Below, in pieces: positions 30,790-39,524 of a DNA stretch of 64,000 bases. The notes beneath the pieces were generated by a model, which saw only the letters and a program-made list of their open reading frames with translations, ran no database searches and was not told the origin of the DNA. Numbering within the stretch: position 1 is the stretch's first letter; every line of letters starts with the position of its first letter. Source of the DNA: Candidatus Hydrogenedentota bacterium (GTDB lineage Bacteria > Hydrogenedentota > Hydrogenedentia > Hydrogenedentales > SLHB01). A program made the translations under genes and the position numbers. Location: the NCBI GenBank assembly GCA_963674865.2, contig CAXXYE010000008.1, positions 128,001 through 192,000 on the forward strand, in the 5' to 3' direction.

Positions 30790-31698
30790 TTGCGCGTATT
30801 GGTTGCCGAAGACGACGCAACATCCCGCCTTGTGCTCGAGACCACCCTTCGCAAGCGCGGATACGAAGTCGTTTCCGCCGAAGACGGAGAAATGGCCTGG
30901 GGCTATCTCAGCGGAGAAGACCACCCACGTTTGGCCCTGCTCGATTGGATGATGCCCGGCCTGAGCGGGCTTGAGGTATGCAAGAAGATCCGTCAGCGAA
31001 GCGACGCCGACGAAAGATACGTGTACATCGTCTTCCTTACCGGCAAGGGAGACATCAAAGAGGTCCTCGCCGGCCTCGAGGCCGGCGCCGACGACTATAT
31101 CAAGAAGCCTTTCAATGTGGACGAACTCGAACTGCGCCTCCGCGCCGGCAAACGCATCATCGAGTTGCAGGACCAACTTGTCGAGGCCAAACAGCTGCTG
31201 CGCCATCAGGCGGAGTACGATGCACTCACCGGAATCCTGAACCGCGGCGCCCTTCTTAAGCGCGTCGAGGTCGAGTTGGCCCGTGCATCACGCGGCGAAG
31301 GCTGTCTGGGCGTCGCGATGATGGACCTCGACCACTTCAAGAACGTCAACGATACCCACGGGCACCAGGCGGGAGACGAGGTGCTGCGAGAAGCCGTGAG
31401 GCGCATCCTCGGCGTCGTGCGGCCCTACGATATATTCGGCCGCTACGGCGGCGAGGAATTCCTCCTGGTGATCCCCACCAACGCCGCCACCACGGTACCC
31501 TTCGAGCGTGTGCGGAGCGCCATCGCCGAACGCCAGTTTGCCATCGACCAGATAGAGATCCCCGTTACGCTCAGCATCGGTGTTGCCTGGAGCGATCCGA
31601 ACAGCAAGCTCGAAGAGCTCCTCGGCCGAGCCGACGCCGCCCTATACCAAGCAAAAGAAAACGGGCGAAACCGCGTCGAAGAAGCCCCGCCTTCCTGA
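30790..31698 (+). CDS. Response regulator diguanylate cyclase (REC-GGDEF)
   Basis: VAEDD, LLDWMMPG, DALTG, DLDHFKNVNDTHGH, I-site RPYD, GGEEF. TTG start after aggag. Confidence 0.93.
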   Translation: MRVLVAEDDATSRLVLETTLRKRGYEVVSAEDGEMAWGYLSGEDHPRLALLDWMMPGLSGLEVCKKIRQRSDADERYVYIVFLTGKGDIKEVLAGLEAGADDYIKKPFNVDELELRLRAGKRIIELQDQLVEAKQLLRHQAEYDALTGILNRGALLKRVEVELARASRGEGCLGVAMMDLDHFKNVNDTHGHQAGDEVLREAVRRILGVVRPYDIFGRYGGEEFLLVIPTNAATTVPFERVRSAIAERQFAIDQIEIPVTLSIGVAWSDPNSKLEELLGRADAALYQAKENGRNRVEEAPPS

Positions 31699-31748
31699 CC
31701 TTTCTTTTCGCCGCGAGCGACGGGACGCCCTCCCTGTCACCGTTTTGA

Positions 31749-31821
31749 ACCACCAAGACACCAAGACACAAAGACGCAAAGAGAGGATGTTCCCTTCGTG
31801 CCTTGGTGTCTTTGTGGTGAA
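31749..31821. repeat. Palindromic REP-like element built of roughly 8-nt units
   Basis: caccaagacaccaagacacaaag ... cttcgtgccttggtgtctttgtggtg inverted arms. Confidence 0.7.
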
Positions 31822-32001
31822 AAGGGCTTGCTGCGCCCCTGTGTCGCGCCCTGCCGACGCGGTGGGAGCCGTCCGGAGTGCAAGCTTTAGCGTGTCCCGG
31901 CACGGCCTTCCAAACGCCGGTAGGTTTCCGCTACCATTAGGGCGTTTCCTGGAATTAACGGTGTTTCCGCACATGTCGCGGATTTGGAAAGGAAGGATAC
32001 G

Positions 32002-33387
32002 ATGGCGAGCAATCGGGAGACGGTTAGCCGGCGGGATTTCATGAAGGGGACGGCAAAGGCGGCGTTAGGCACGGGCGCGGTGGCCGCGGCGACAACGGCG
32101 CGCGCGGACGTGTACAAGCGGATTCTGCCGCAGACGGTGATGGGCGCCAATGAGCGTATCCATACCGGCCATATCGGCGTAGGCGGCATGGGCAAACGGG
32201 ATCTCCAGTTCTGCATGCTCCGCGATGACATGCTGCCCATCGCAGTGTGCGACCTGTGGGAGCCGCATCGCAATCAGGCCGTGGACATCATCACCAACAA
32301 GCACCCTAAGCCCTCCACCCACGTCTACTTCGAGGACATCATCGAGAACAAGGATGTGGACGCCGTCGTCATCGTGACTCCGGACCACTGGCACTCCATT
32401 CCCTCGATGATGGCCTGCGACGCTGGGAAAGACGTCTACTGCGAGAAACCGCTGACCACCACCATCGGTGAAGGCAAAGCTGTGGTCGAGGCCGTCCGCC
32501 GCAACAAGGCCGTGCTGCAGTGCGGCAACTTCCAGCGTAGCGGTGCCCATTTCCAGGAGGTGGTCGACCTGATCCGTTCCGGCTACATCGGCAAGATCGC
32601 CCGCGTCGAGACCTGGATCCACGACGGTATGAAGATTGAGGGCATGGGCAGTCCGCCCGACCAGGACCCGCCGGAAGGACTGGACTGGGAGCGCTACCTG
32701 GGCTGGACGCCGAAGGTGCCCTTCAATCCCAACCGGTTCATCTACAATTTCCGCTGGTTCCTCAACTATTCCGGCGGAAAAATGACGGATTGGGGCGCGC
32801 ATCTCATCGATATCGTCCTGTGGGCCATGGGCGAAGAGAACCAGCCCAAGACCGTCACCGCGCAGGGCGGCAAGTTCATCCTCACCGACAACCGCACCAC
32901 GCCGGATACGCTCGAGGTGCTCTACGAGTTCGACGACTACATCCTCAGCTTCTCGAACCGCGTCTACAACGGCTTTGTCGAGCGCAACCGCTACGGGATG
33001 ATGTTCTACGGCACCCTCGGCACGCTCTACGCCGATCGGCGCGGCTACGAGATATTCCCCTTCCGCGCAAATGGCGGCTGCGAGCCGCGCAAGATCGAGA
33101 ACGTCCGCGAGATGGACATGAACATCGCCCACTGGCAGAACTTCGTAGAGTGCATCAAGTCCCGGAAAGACCCCATCAGCCACGTCGAGTCGGCCTACAA
33201 CACCGCGCGCGTCTGCCACATGGGCACGTGTGCCTACGTCGCCGGCGGCAAACTCGACTGGGACTCCCAAGCCGACCGCTTCACCGGCAAGCCAAAGGCT
33301 CTCGTCAAGAAGGCCAACGCCTTCGCGTACCGGGAGTACGAAAACGGCTGGTCGCTGAAGGCTCCGTATTGCAAAGCCTGGGCATAG
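32002..33387 (+). CDS. Tat-exported Gfo/Idh/MocA oxidoreductase
   Basis: SRRDFMK, IGVGGMG, VTPDHWH, DVYCEKP, GGKMTDWGAH. Confidence 0.93.
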   Translation: MASNRETVSRRDFMKGTAKAALGTGAVAAATTARADVYKRILPQTVMGANERIHTGHIGVGGMGKRDLQFCMLRDDMLPIAVCDLWEPHRNQAVDIITNKHPKPSTHVYFEDIIENKDVDAVVIVTPDHWHSIPSMMACDAGKDVYCEKPLTTTIGEGKAVVEAVRRNKAVLQCGNFQRSGAHFQEVVDLIRSGYIGKIARVETWIHDGMKIEGMGSPPDQDPPEGLDWERYLGWTPKVPFNPNRFIYNFRWFLNYSGGKMTDWGAHLIDIVLWAMGEENQPKTVTAQGGKFILTDNRTTPDTLEVLYEFDDYILSFSNRVYNGFVERNRYGMMFYGTLGTLYADRRGYEIFPFRANGGCEPRKIENVREMDMNIAHWQNFVECIKSRKDPISHVESAYNTARVCHMGTCAYVAGGKLDWDSQADRFTGKPKALVKKANAFAYREYENGWSLKAPYCKAWA

Positions 33388-33392
33388 CGCAC

Positions 33393-34589
33393 GTGAGTAC
33401 GGCCAATCATTCCGGACTCTCTCGACGCACCTTTCTCTCGATTGCGGGAGCGGCGCTGGCCGGCCCTGCGGGCGCGGCGTCATTCCAGCGCGTCCGTCGA
33501 GCGAAGACGGAAATCCGTCTTGGCCTGATCGGCTGCGGCATGCGTGGATCTTCGCTGCTACGCGAGAGCCAACGATTGGACAAAGCGGGCGCAAACATCC
33601 GCCTGGCGGCCCTCTCCGACGCCTACGCGCCGCGCGCGCGCCGCGCCGCCGCGGCATGTGGATCCGAGGTGGCCACCCACTGGAAGGCACTTGTCGAGCG
33701 AAACGACCTCGACGCCATCGTCATCGCCACCCCATCGCACTGGCATGCATCCATGACGCGCGCGGCGATAGACGCCGGCAAAGACGTCTATTGCGAGACG
33801 CCCATGGCCTTGTCCGCCGCCGAAGCCCGCGAAGTGCTCACCGTGCTGCGCGACTCCGACCGCGTCGTGCAGTTCGGCGCGAACGCGACTTCCGAGCCGC
33901 AGTGGAGCGTTGCGCGCGATCTTATCGACGGCGGAGCCATTGGCCCCGTCCAATGGTGCCAGGCCTATGCCCATGTGGGCGATGCTCCCGAACAGCCCGG
34001 GCCGGCCGCGTCGATAGCGCGCGCCGAGCTCGACTGGGATGCCTTCCGCGGGCCGGTTGAGCAGCCGTTCGATCCCGAGCGATTCCGCCATTGGCGGCAC
34101 TACTGGGACTTCTCGGGCGGCGTCGCCACCGAGTCCTTCTACGGCACGCTGGCTGCGCTTCTCGTAGCGACCGGCGAGCGGTATCCTACCCGCGTCGCTG
34201 CGGCGGGCGGCATATACGCATGCGATGGCCGCGAGACTCCGGACTCCTTCGTGATGATGGCGGAGTATGCCGGCGGCGCGCGATTCGTCATGGCCTCCTG
34301 CCTCCCGGGCCGTGGTGGCGCACCGAGCGCCTTCATTCGCGGCGCCGAAGGTACGCTCGAACTCCTTGGCGACCGCGTTCGCGTCACCCCGGAGGGCGCC
34401 CCTGCCTACGATGTGGCGTGCGACGCCCGTGCATCGCACCTCGATAACTGGCTCACGTGTATGCGAACGCGCGAAACGCCCGTCTGCGGCCCCGAACTCG
34501 CCTTCCGCGCGATGGCCGCTGCCGGCCTCGCCGTCGAGGCATATCGGGGGCGCAAGACTGTCATCCCCGACGCCGTGTGCCTCGCATAG
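33393..34589 (+). CDS. Tat-exported Gfo/Idh/MocA-like protein with degenerate active site
   Basis: SRRTFL, IGCGMRG, ATPSHWH, DVYCETP, GGVATESFYG. GTG start 5 nt after the upstream stop. Confidence 0.85.
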   Translation: MSTANHSGLSRRTFLSIAGAALAGPAGAASFQRVRRAKTEIRLGLIGCGMRGSSLLRESQRLDKAGANIRLAALSDAYAPRARRAAAACGSEVATHWKALVERNDLDAIVIATPSHWHASMTRAAIDAGKDVYCETPMALSAAEAREVLTVLRDSDRVVQFGANATSEPQWSVARDLIDGGAIGPVQWCQAYAHVGDAPEQPGPAASIARAELDWDAFRGPVEQPFDPERFRHWRHYWDFSGGVATESFYGTLAALLVATGERYPTRVAAAGGIYACDGRETPDSFVMMAEYAGGARFVMASCLPGRGGAPSAFIRGAEGTLELLGDRVRVTPEGAPAYDVACDARASHLDNWLTCMRTRETPVCGPELAFRAMAAAGLAVEAYRGRKTVIPDAVCLA

Positions 34590-34766
34590 CCATCACGGCC
34601 TTTCTTTCTGCCAGGTTTCGCCCCACTCGAACGCTCTGCCCGCGGATCTTCTCAAGATTCACGGCATACTTCCGAATAGACGAGTGTTCCTCTCGAAAGG
34701 CGGTAAACAGCCGCCCAAGTGAAGTCCACAAGGCAGCGAAAGGCCCTTGAATCGGGAGAAACCGTT

Positions 34767-35417
34767 ATGAGGAAACAGATTATAGGCCTCGCTTCGGGCG
34801 TGGCGCTTGCCGCCGCGCTGCTGCTGCTAGCCGGAGTCACCGAGGCCGCCGAGACTCAGAAGGGTGATGTCTACGCCCTGGACACGTGTCCCGTCCTTGG
34901 AACGAAGCTGGGCTCCATGGAGCAGGCCGTCAAGTATGACTACAAGGGCCGGCAGGTCCGCTTCTGCTGTAAGGGGTGCATATCCCAGTTCAAGGCGGAT
35001 CCGGAGAAATACCTCAAGAAGGTCGATGAAGCCCAGGTGAAGCAGCAGCTCCCCTTCTATCCGCTCAAGGCCGACATTGTGAGCGGCGCACCCCTCGAGA
35101 AGGGCACTGCTATCGACTATATTCACAACAACCGGCTGGTGCGCCTCGCGTCAAAGGAAAGCCTCGCCGCCTTCAAAGAGGAGCCGGACAAGTACTTGGC
35201 GAAACTGGATGAAGCCGTCATCGCGAAGCAGAAGGCGGCCTATCCTCTGGGCACGTGCCTCGTCTCAGGCGCGGAACTGGACAGCATGGGCGGGGGCGTG
35301 GATTACGTGACGGGTGATCGCCTCGTCCGCTTCTGTTGCCGGGGATGTGTAGCAACATTCGAGAAGGATCCGGCCAAGTACCTCAGCAAGCTCGATGAGG
35401 CGGCTCAAGAGAAGTAG
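34767..35417 (+). CDS. Exported protein with three YHS/TRASH-like repeats
   Basis: Signal peptide; CPV..RFCCKGC..F..DPEKY; CLVSG..RFCCRGC..F..DPAKY. Confidence 0.8.
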   Translation: MRKQIIGLASGVALAAALLLLAGVTEAAETQKGDVYALDTCPVLGTKLGSMEQAVKYDYKGRQVRFCCKGCISQFKADPEKYLKKVDEAQVKQQLPFYPLKADIVSGAPLEKGTAIDYIHNNRLVRLASKESLAAFKEEPDKYLAKLDEAVIAKQKAAYPLGTCLVSGAELDSMGGGVDYVTGDRLVRFCCRGCVATFEKDPAKYLSKLDEAAQEK

Positions 35418-35548
35418 CCTTGAAGGCGCAGGGAAGGGGCGCGGCATTCACTGCTCCGCTCATGGAGAGTGGCCGGCCGAGGCGGCATCGAAGGATTGAA
35501 GGATCTTTTGGGGCCGCCTCGGCCTGTTGCTTTTTTGCATCCCACGCA

Positions 35549-36289
35549 TTACGTGCTTCGCTCGAGCAGGCACAGAAGGTCGGGGGAAGACGCCGCATCG
35601 AAAGGGCTTTGTCCGTAGTCGCCGAACACCTCGTGCACGGCCATGCCTGCGTCCATCGCAGCGTCAGCCACGGCGTCAAGCGTCCAGTGCTGAAGTACCG
35701 TTGCCTCGCTGATATGCCGCCAATTCCCGCCGTCCAGCACGTGGAATGTCGCGGACAGAAGCGTCTCGCCACCCCGTGGCGCCAGGCTTTTCACCGCAAT
35801 GACCTCGCCACCGTCAAGGTGTTTCCGCTCCACCCGGTGGCGGGGCTTCCGCGCATCATCCGCCTCGTAGTTGAGCAACTGGATTAGGAACAGCCCGCCG
35901 GGCGTGAGGGACGCGCCTATCGCTTCGCAGACCCGGAGAATGTCCTCCTTGTCCCTGAGTAGCGACAGCGAGTTACCCAGGCATATCGCCAAGTCCCAGG
36001 GGCCGCTTGGAAGACGACGCATATCGGCGACGATGTACTCGATGGAGGGATGAGGATGGTGAGCCCTTGCGTAGGCGATCATTTCGGGGGAGATATCGCA
36101 CGCTGTGACTTGGGCGCTCAGACTCGCGAGATACGCGGCATGAAGGCCGGTGCCGCATGCAAGGTCCACGACGCGGCCGCCGCGAACGCGCCCGAGCAGC
36201 GCCGCCAACAACGGGCCTTCTCGCTCCAGGCGTGCCTCACTTTCCGAGAAGATCGCGTAGTAATCCGCAATCGAGTCGAACGCAGGCAC
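35549..36289 (-). CDS. Class I SAM-dependent methyltransferase
   Basis: VVDLACGTG, DISPEMI, ADMR, ICLGNSL, LTPGG. Confidence 0.9.
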   Translation of the reverse strand: MPAFDSIADYYAIFSESEARLEREGPLLAALLGRVRGGRVVDLACGTGLHAAYLASLSAQVTACDISPEMIAYARAHHPHPSIEYIVADMRRLPSGPWDLAICLGNSLSLLRDKEDILRVCEAIGASLTPGGLFLIQLLNYEADDARKPRHRVERKHLDGGEVIAVKSLAPRGGETLLSATFHVLDGGNWRHISEATVLQHWTLDAVADAAMDAGMAVHEVFGDYGQSPFDAASSPDLLCLLERST

Positions 36290-36352
36290 GTGCTGTACCT
36301 CGATTCAGGTTTTCCCGGCGGGGCGCGTAAGACTACGCGTGAGTCATTCGGC

Positions 36353-36907
36353 CTATTTCGCCCCGCTGTTGCTGGATTCCTTGGCCGGGCCGGCTGTGGC
36401 CGGTGCTTCCTCGGCGGCCTTGCCACTAGCCGCCGCCCCAGCCTTGGACTTCTCGTAGCGCTTCCAGACGGTTGTCCTGCCGATAAGCGAAATGCCGATA
36501 TAGCCGCGTACGTCGAGGGTTTTCGGATCCTTGAGCGTCATCTTGCACTTGTACGTCTTGCCGTTCTCCGGATCGTAGATGGTGCCCTTGGCCCACACGT
36601 TCTCTCCGGCGTACTTAAAGTCCTTGATAAGCTGGAGGCCGAGAAGAGGCCGATTCTTCAGTTTATCATCGGGATTCTCTCGATCATGTTTTACCTTGCC
36701 GGCTTCCTTATCGTCTGGCGGATAATTGGCCTCGCGGAGCCAGGCGATCTTGCCCGAGTATTTCCCGGCGGACTTCGTGATCTCGATCCGGCTCTTCCCA
36801 CCGTCTGTTACCCAGGTTCCAAGAACGGCGTCGGCCCCTTGTGCAAATGCGGGCCCGGCGATCAGGGCCATAAGGGATGCAATGAGAGCGAACTGAATGA
36901 TGCGCAT
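36353..36907 (-). CDS. DUF2147 domain exported protein
   Basis: Signal peptide; GTWVT, GKIAWL, DRENPD..RPLLGL, GTIYDPENGKTY, VRGYIGISLIGRT. Confidence 0.9.
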   Translation of the reverse strand: MRIIQFALIASLMALIAGPAFAQGADAVLGTWVTDGGKSRIEITKSAGKYSGKIAWLREANYPPDDKEAGKVKHDRENPDDKLKNRPLLGLQLIKDFKYAGENVWAKGTIYDPENGKTYKCKMTLKDPKTLDVRGYIGISLIGRTTVWKRYEKSKAGAAASGKAAEEAPATAGPAKESSNSGAK

Positions 36908-37044
36908 GACGGATCCTCCTCCGAGGCGGCTCAATACCCGGTTAATGAGGATAGCATGACCTAATAGCGGCCGCTCAATCAACACGGCACATTGACTTGC
37001 AGTTGCCGAATGACCAAACGGCGCCGCGCACACGACGTGTCCTT

Positions 37045-37061
37045 CAACTCGGCTCCCGGCA
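37045..37061 (+). repeat. 17-bp target site duplication, left copy
   Basis: caactcggctcccggca, identical to 38644-38660. Confidence 0.92.
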
Positions 37062-38643
37062 TGTCAAGACTCTTTAGAAATGTCACATGTTGGGACTCAT
37101 TAGAAATGTCCTATGCTCGATGGTTGCAGAAGCGAGTTATCCAAGGTCTGTGGTCAGGTGCGTAGCAGCTGTCCCCAGACCGTCATATCCACATCCAGCG
37201 CGAAGCGCGCGGGCGCATAGCGCTCGTCGAGGATGTGGATATGTGGGTAACTCGCGTGCTCACCTTTCTTTTGCGTTCATGAGAGGTAGGCGTTGGACGT
37301 TGGGCCGCCAGCGCTTGTAGGGCGCGGGGGGAGCGTTCTTCTTCTTGGGCTTGGCGGGGGGCTGGACCTGTTGGACTCGTTGCTGCCCTTCTCGTTTGTA
37401 TTGCTTGACCGTGAGCCTGCGGTAGTCAAGGTCCTGGTCTTTGTAGAGCAGCCTGATGCCGCCGTGCAGATGGGTGCGGACCAGAATCCTGTCTTTGGGC
37501 CGGGGCAGAGGACTGTTGTTCTTGAGGATTTGGTAGTAATGATTCCCGAAACGGACGGTCCAGTCGTTTTGGACGACGCGCAGTTCCTCGAAGCAAAAAA
37601 TGTCATGCAGCTCAAGGCCTTTGGGTGGAGGACGGTGATAGTCCAGTTCCTCACGGGGCGCAATGGCGAACTTGGCGTTCAGAGCGTCACAAAAGCTTTC
37701 GTAGAGCAGCTTGTCGGCGGTGGCGATGGTGGTGATGCGCCGCAAGGCGAGTTCCTTGACGAACCGGTTCTGGTATGTGCCGTTGGAGCGCTCGACGCGG
37801 CCTTTGGCTTGAGGCGAAGTCGCGGGGATGATGACGATTCCCAGCTTATAGCAGGCCTCTCCGAATTGAGTCAGCGGCTCGCGCCCCGCCAGTTGCTCTT
37901 CGAGCGTGGGCTCCCGGCCGGTGATGTAGACGTTCTTTCGGTCCGTATACAGCGCCCGAGGAATACCGTATTTCTCGATCCACCGCCACAGAAGCTGCAT
38001 GGCGGCCTGCTTCGTTTCTTGCTCGGCCATGAGCGCCAAGGTTTCTCCTGTGGCGTCATCTATCATGTTCATCAGACAAGTTTGGCCTTGGTCCGGCCCG
38101 AACCAGTGGTGGTGACTCCCATCCATCTGCACCAGCTCTCCGAAATGGGCTCGCCGCTCCCTGCGGGAGCGATGCCGGCGCCCGGTGTCTCCCTTCGCCC
38201 AGAGCCCCTGCTCAAGCAGCCAGCGCCGTAACGTCTCGTGGTCGATGCACAGGCCTTCCTCCGCCAGCTTCTCCGCGGCCAGGGTCGGCCCCAAATCGTG
38301 TTCTCTATAGCGTTCCTGATAGCGCCGAAGGACTTTGTCCCGGAACGCGGCAGGCTTGGCTCGATTAGACGCCCGGCCCCGGTTGCGATGCACCAACCCC
38401 TCATCTCCCTCTGACACGAAGCGTGCGTGTATCCGCAGCGCCTGCCGGTAGCTCACTTCCATGCGCCGCGCCGCTTCCGCCAGGGTCATATGCTTTCCCA
38501 CAACAAGCTCCAACAACGACTTACGCATCAATTCCTTGCGACTCATCTTCAAATGCCCTTCCACGGCAGCCCTCCAAGTGAAAGGCTCCAATTGTGACAT
38601 TTCTAATGAGTCGAGGGGGTGACACTATCAAAGAGTCGCGACA
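37062..38643 (-). mobile_element. Insertion sequence, IS1202-type (formerly ISNCY), 1582 bp
   Basis: TGT...ACA ends; each end has two copies of a gactc(a/t)ttagaaatgtcac-like motif; 17-bp flanking direct repeat; one DDE transposase. Confidence 0.9.
37260..38564 (-). CDS. DDE transposase (IS1202/ISNCY type)
   Basis: HTH N-terminus, GELVQMDGSHH, IDDATG, ALYTDRK, SPQAKGRVER. GTG start after ggaggg. Confidence 0.93.
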   Translation of the reverse strand: MEGHLKMSRKELMRKSLLELVVGKHMTLAEAARRMEVSYRQALRIHARFVSEGDEGLVHRNRGRASNRAKPAAFRDKVLRRYQERYREHDLGPTLAAEKLAEEGLCIDHETLRRWLLEQGLWAKGDTGRRHRSRRERRAHFGELVQMDGSHHHWFGPDQGQTCLMNMIDDATGETLALMAEQETKQAAMQLLWRWIEKYGIPRALYTDRKNVYITGREPTLEEQLAGREPLTQFGEACYKLGIVIIPATSPQAKGRVERSNGTYQNRFVKELALRRITTIATADKLLYESFCDALNAKFAIAPREELDYHRPPPKGLELHDIFCFEELRVVQNDWTVRFGNHYYQILKNNSPLPRPKDRILVRTHLHGGIRLLYKDQDLDYRRLTVKQYKREGQQRVQQVQPPAKPKKKNAPPAPYKRWRPNVQRLPLMNAKER

Positions 38644-38660
38644 CAACTCGGCTCCCGGCA
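38644..38660 (+). repeat. 17-bp target site duplication, right copy
   Basis: caactcggctcccggca. Confidence 0.92.
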
Positions 38661-38777
38661 TTGATTTGGAGACTGTGGAAGCCTAGAATATCCGTGAACG
38701 TTCCCTCATGCGGACTCGGGCCGTCCGCACATCAGGCTACTGGCGCTTCCACACTTGACGCAGGAGAAATTGCTTCC

Positions 38778-39524
38778 GTGGGCATCCTTGAACTCGATCA
38801 TGTAACCCTTGCGCTTGGCGGTAAGCGCGTTCTGAATGATGTGACCGCCGACTTCTGGGCAGGCCACATTCACGCGCTCATTGGCCAGAACGGTGCGGGC
38901 AAGTCAACCCTGGCCGGCGCCATCATGGGACTTCCCGACTACCGCCACCTGTCCGGCGACATTCGCTTCGAAGGGGCCTCCATCAAGGACTTGCCCGTAG
39001 ACGAGCGCGCCCGGCGAGGCATCACACTGGCCTGGCAGGAGCCGGCCCGGTTCGAAGGGCTGACGGTTCGGAAATTCGTAGCCGCCGGTGCGAAAGACAA
39101 GAGTCGCGAGCGCGTGGCTGCGGCACTCGAAGCGATGGGCCTGGAGCCAAAGGAGTACCTGGATCGCGCCGCCGACAAGACGCTGAGCGGGGGAGAGCGG
39201 AAGCGGGTTGAGCTGGCCTCGATCCTGGCCCTTGATCCCAAGCTGGTCCTTATGGATGAGCCTGATTCCGGTATTGACGTGGCCGCGCTTGATCACATCT
39301 TCCGGGCGCTGGACGACCTCAAACAGAAGGGCGCCACGGTGATTCTTATCACCCATAGCCTTACCGTGCTGAAACAGGCCGAGCACGCGTTTCTCATGTG
39401 TTGCGGGCGCGTGCTCGACAAGGGGTCCGTGGACAAGATCGGCGGGTACTTCGAGAACAAGTGCATCCCCTGCGACCACGTCAACGTGCCCGATGCGAGT
39501 GAGATTGCCGAGGTGGCCTCATGA
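38778..39524 (+). CDS. SufC-like ATPase with C-terminal CX20CX2C (SmsC type)
   Basis: GQNGAGKST, WQEPARFEG, LSGGERKRVE, DEPDSGID, FLMCC..YFENKCIPC. Confidence 0.88.
   Translation: MGILELDHVTLALGGKRVLNDVTADFWAGHIHALIGQNGAGKSTLAGAIMGLPDYRHLSGDIRFEGASIKDLPVDERARRGITLAWQEPARFEGLTVRKFVAAGAKDKSRERVAAALEAMGLEPKEYLDRAADKTLSGGERKRVELASILALDPKLVLMDEPDSGIDVAALDHIFRALDDLKQKGATVILITHSLTVLKQAEHAFLMCCGRVLDKGSVDKIGGYFENKCIPCDHVNVPDASEIAEVAS

Noticed and set aside
32790..33392. N-terminal 200 aa of the 599-aa ORF as a fusion or frameshift product
   Set aside because: It overlaps the first Gfo gene out of frame; a GTG and Tat signal at 33393 give the natural start.
32065..33690. Long antisense ORFs (also 40525-41820, 47526-48836, 53366-55279, 59976-61235)
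   Set aside because: Shadow frames of well-supported genes, expected with high GC3.
37045..37061. IS target as a XerCD dif site
   Set aside because: The flanks do not resemble XerC/XerD arms, and the long duplication does not fit the dif-targeting subgroup.
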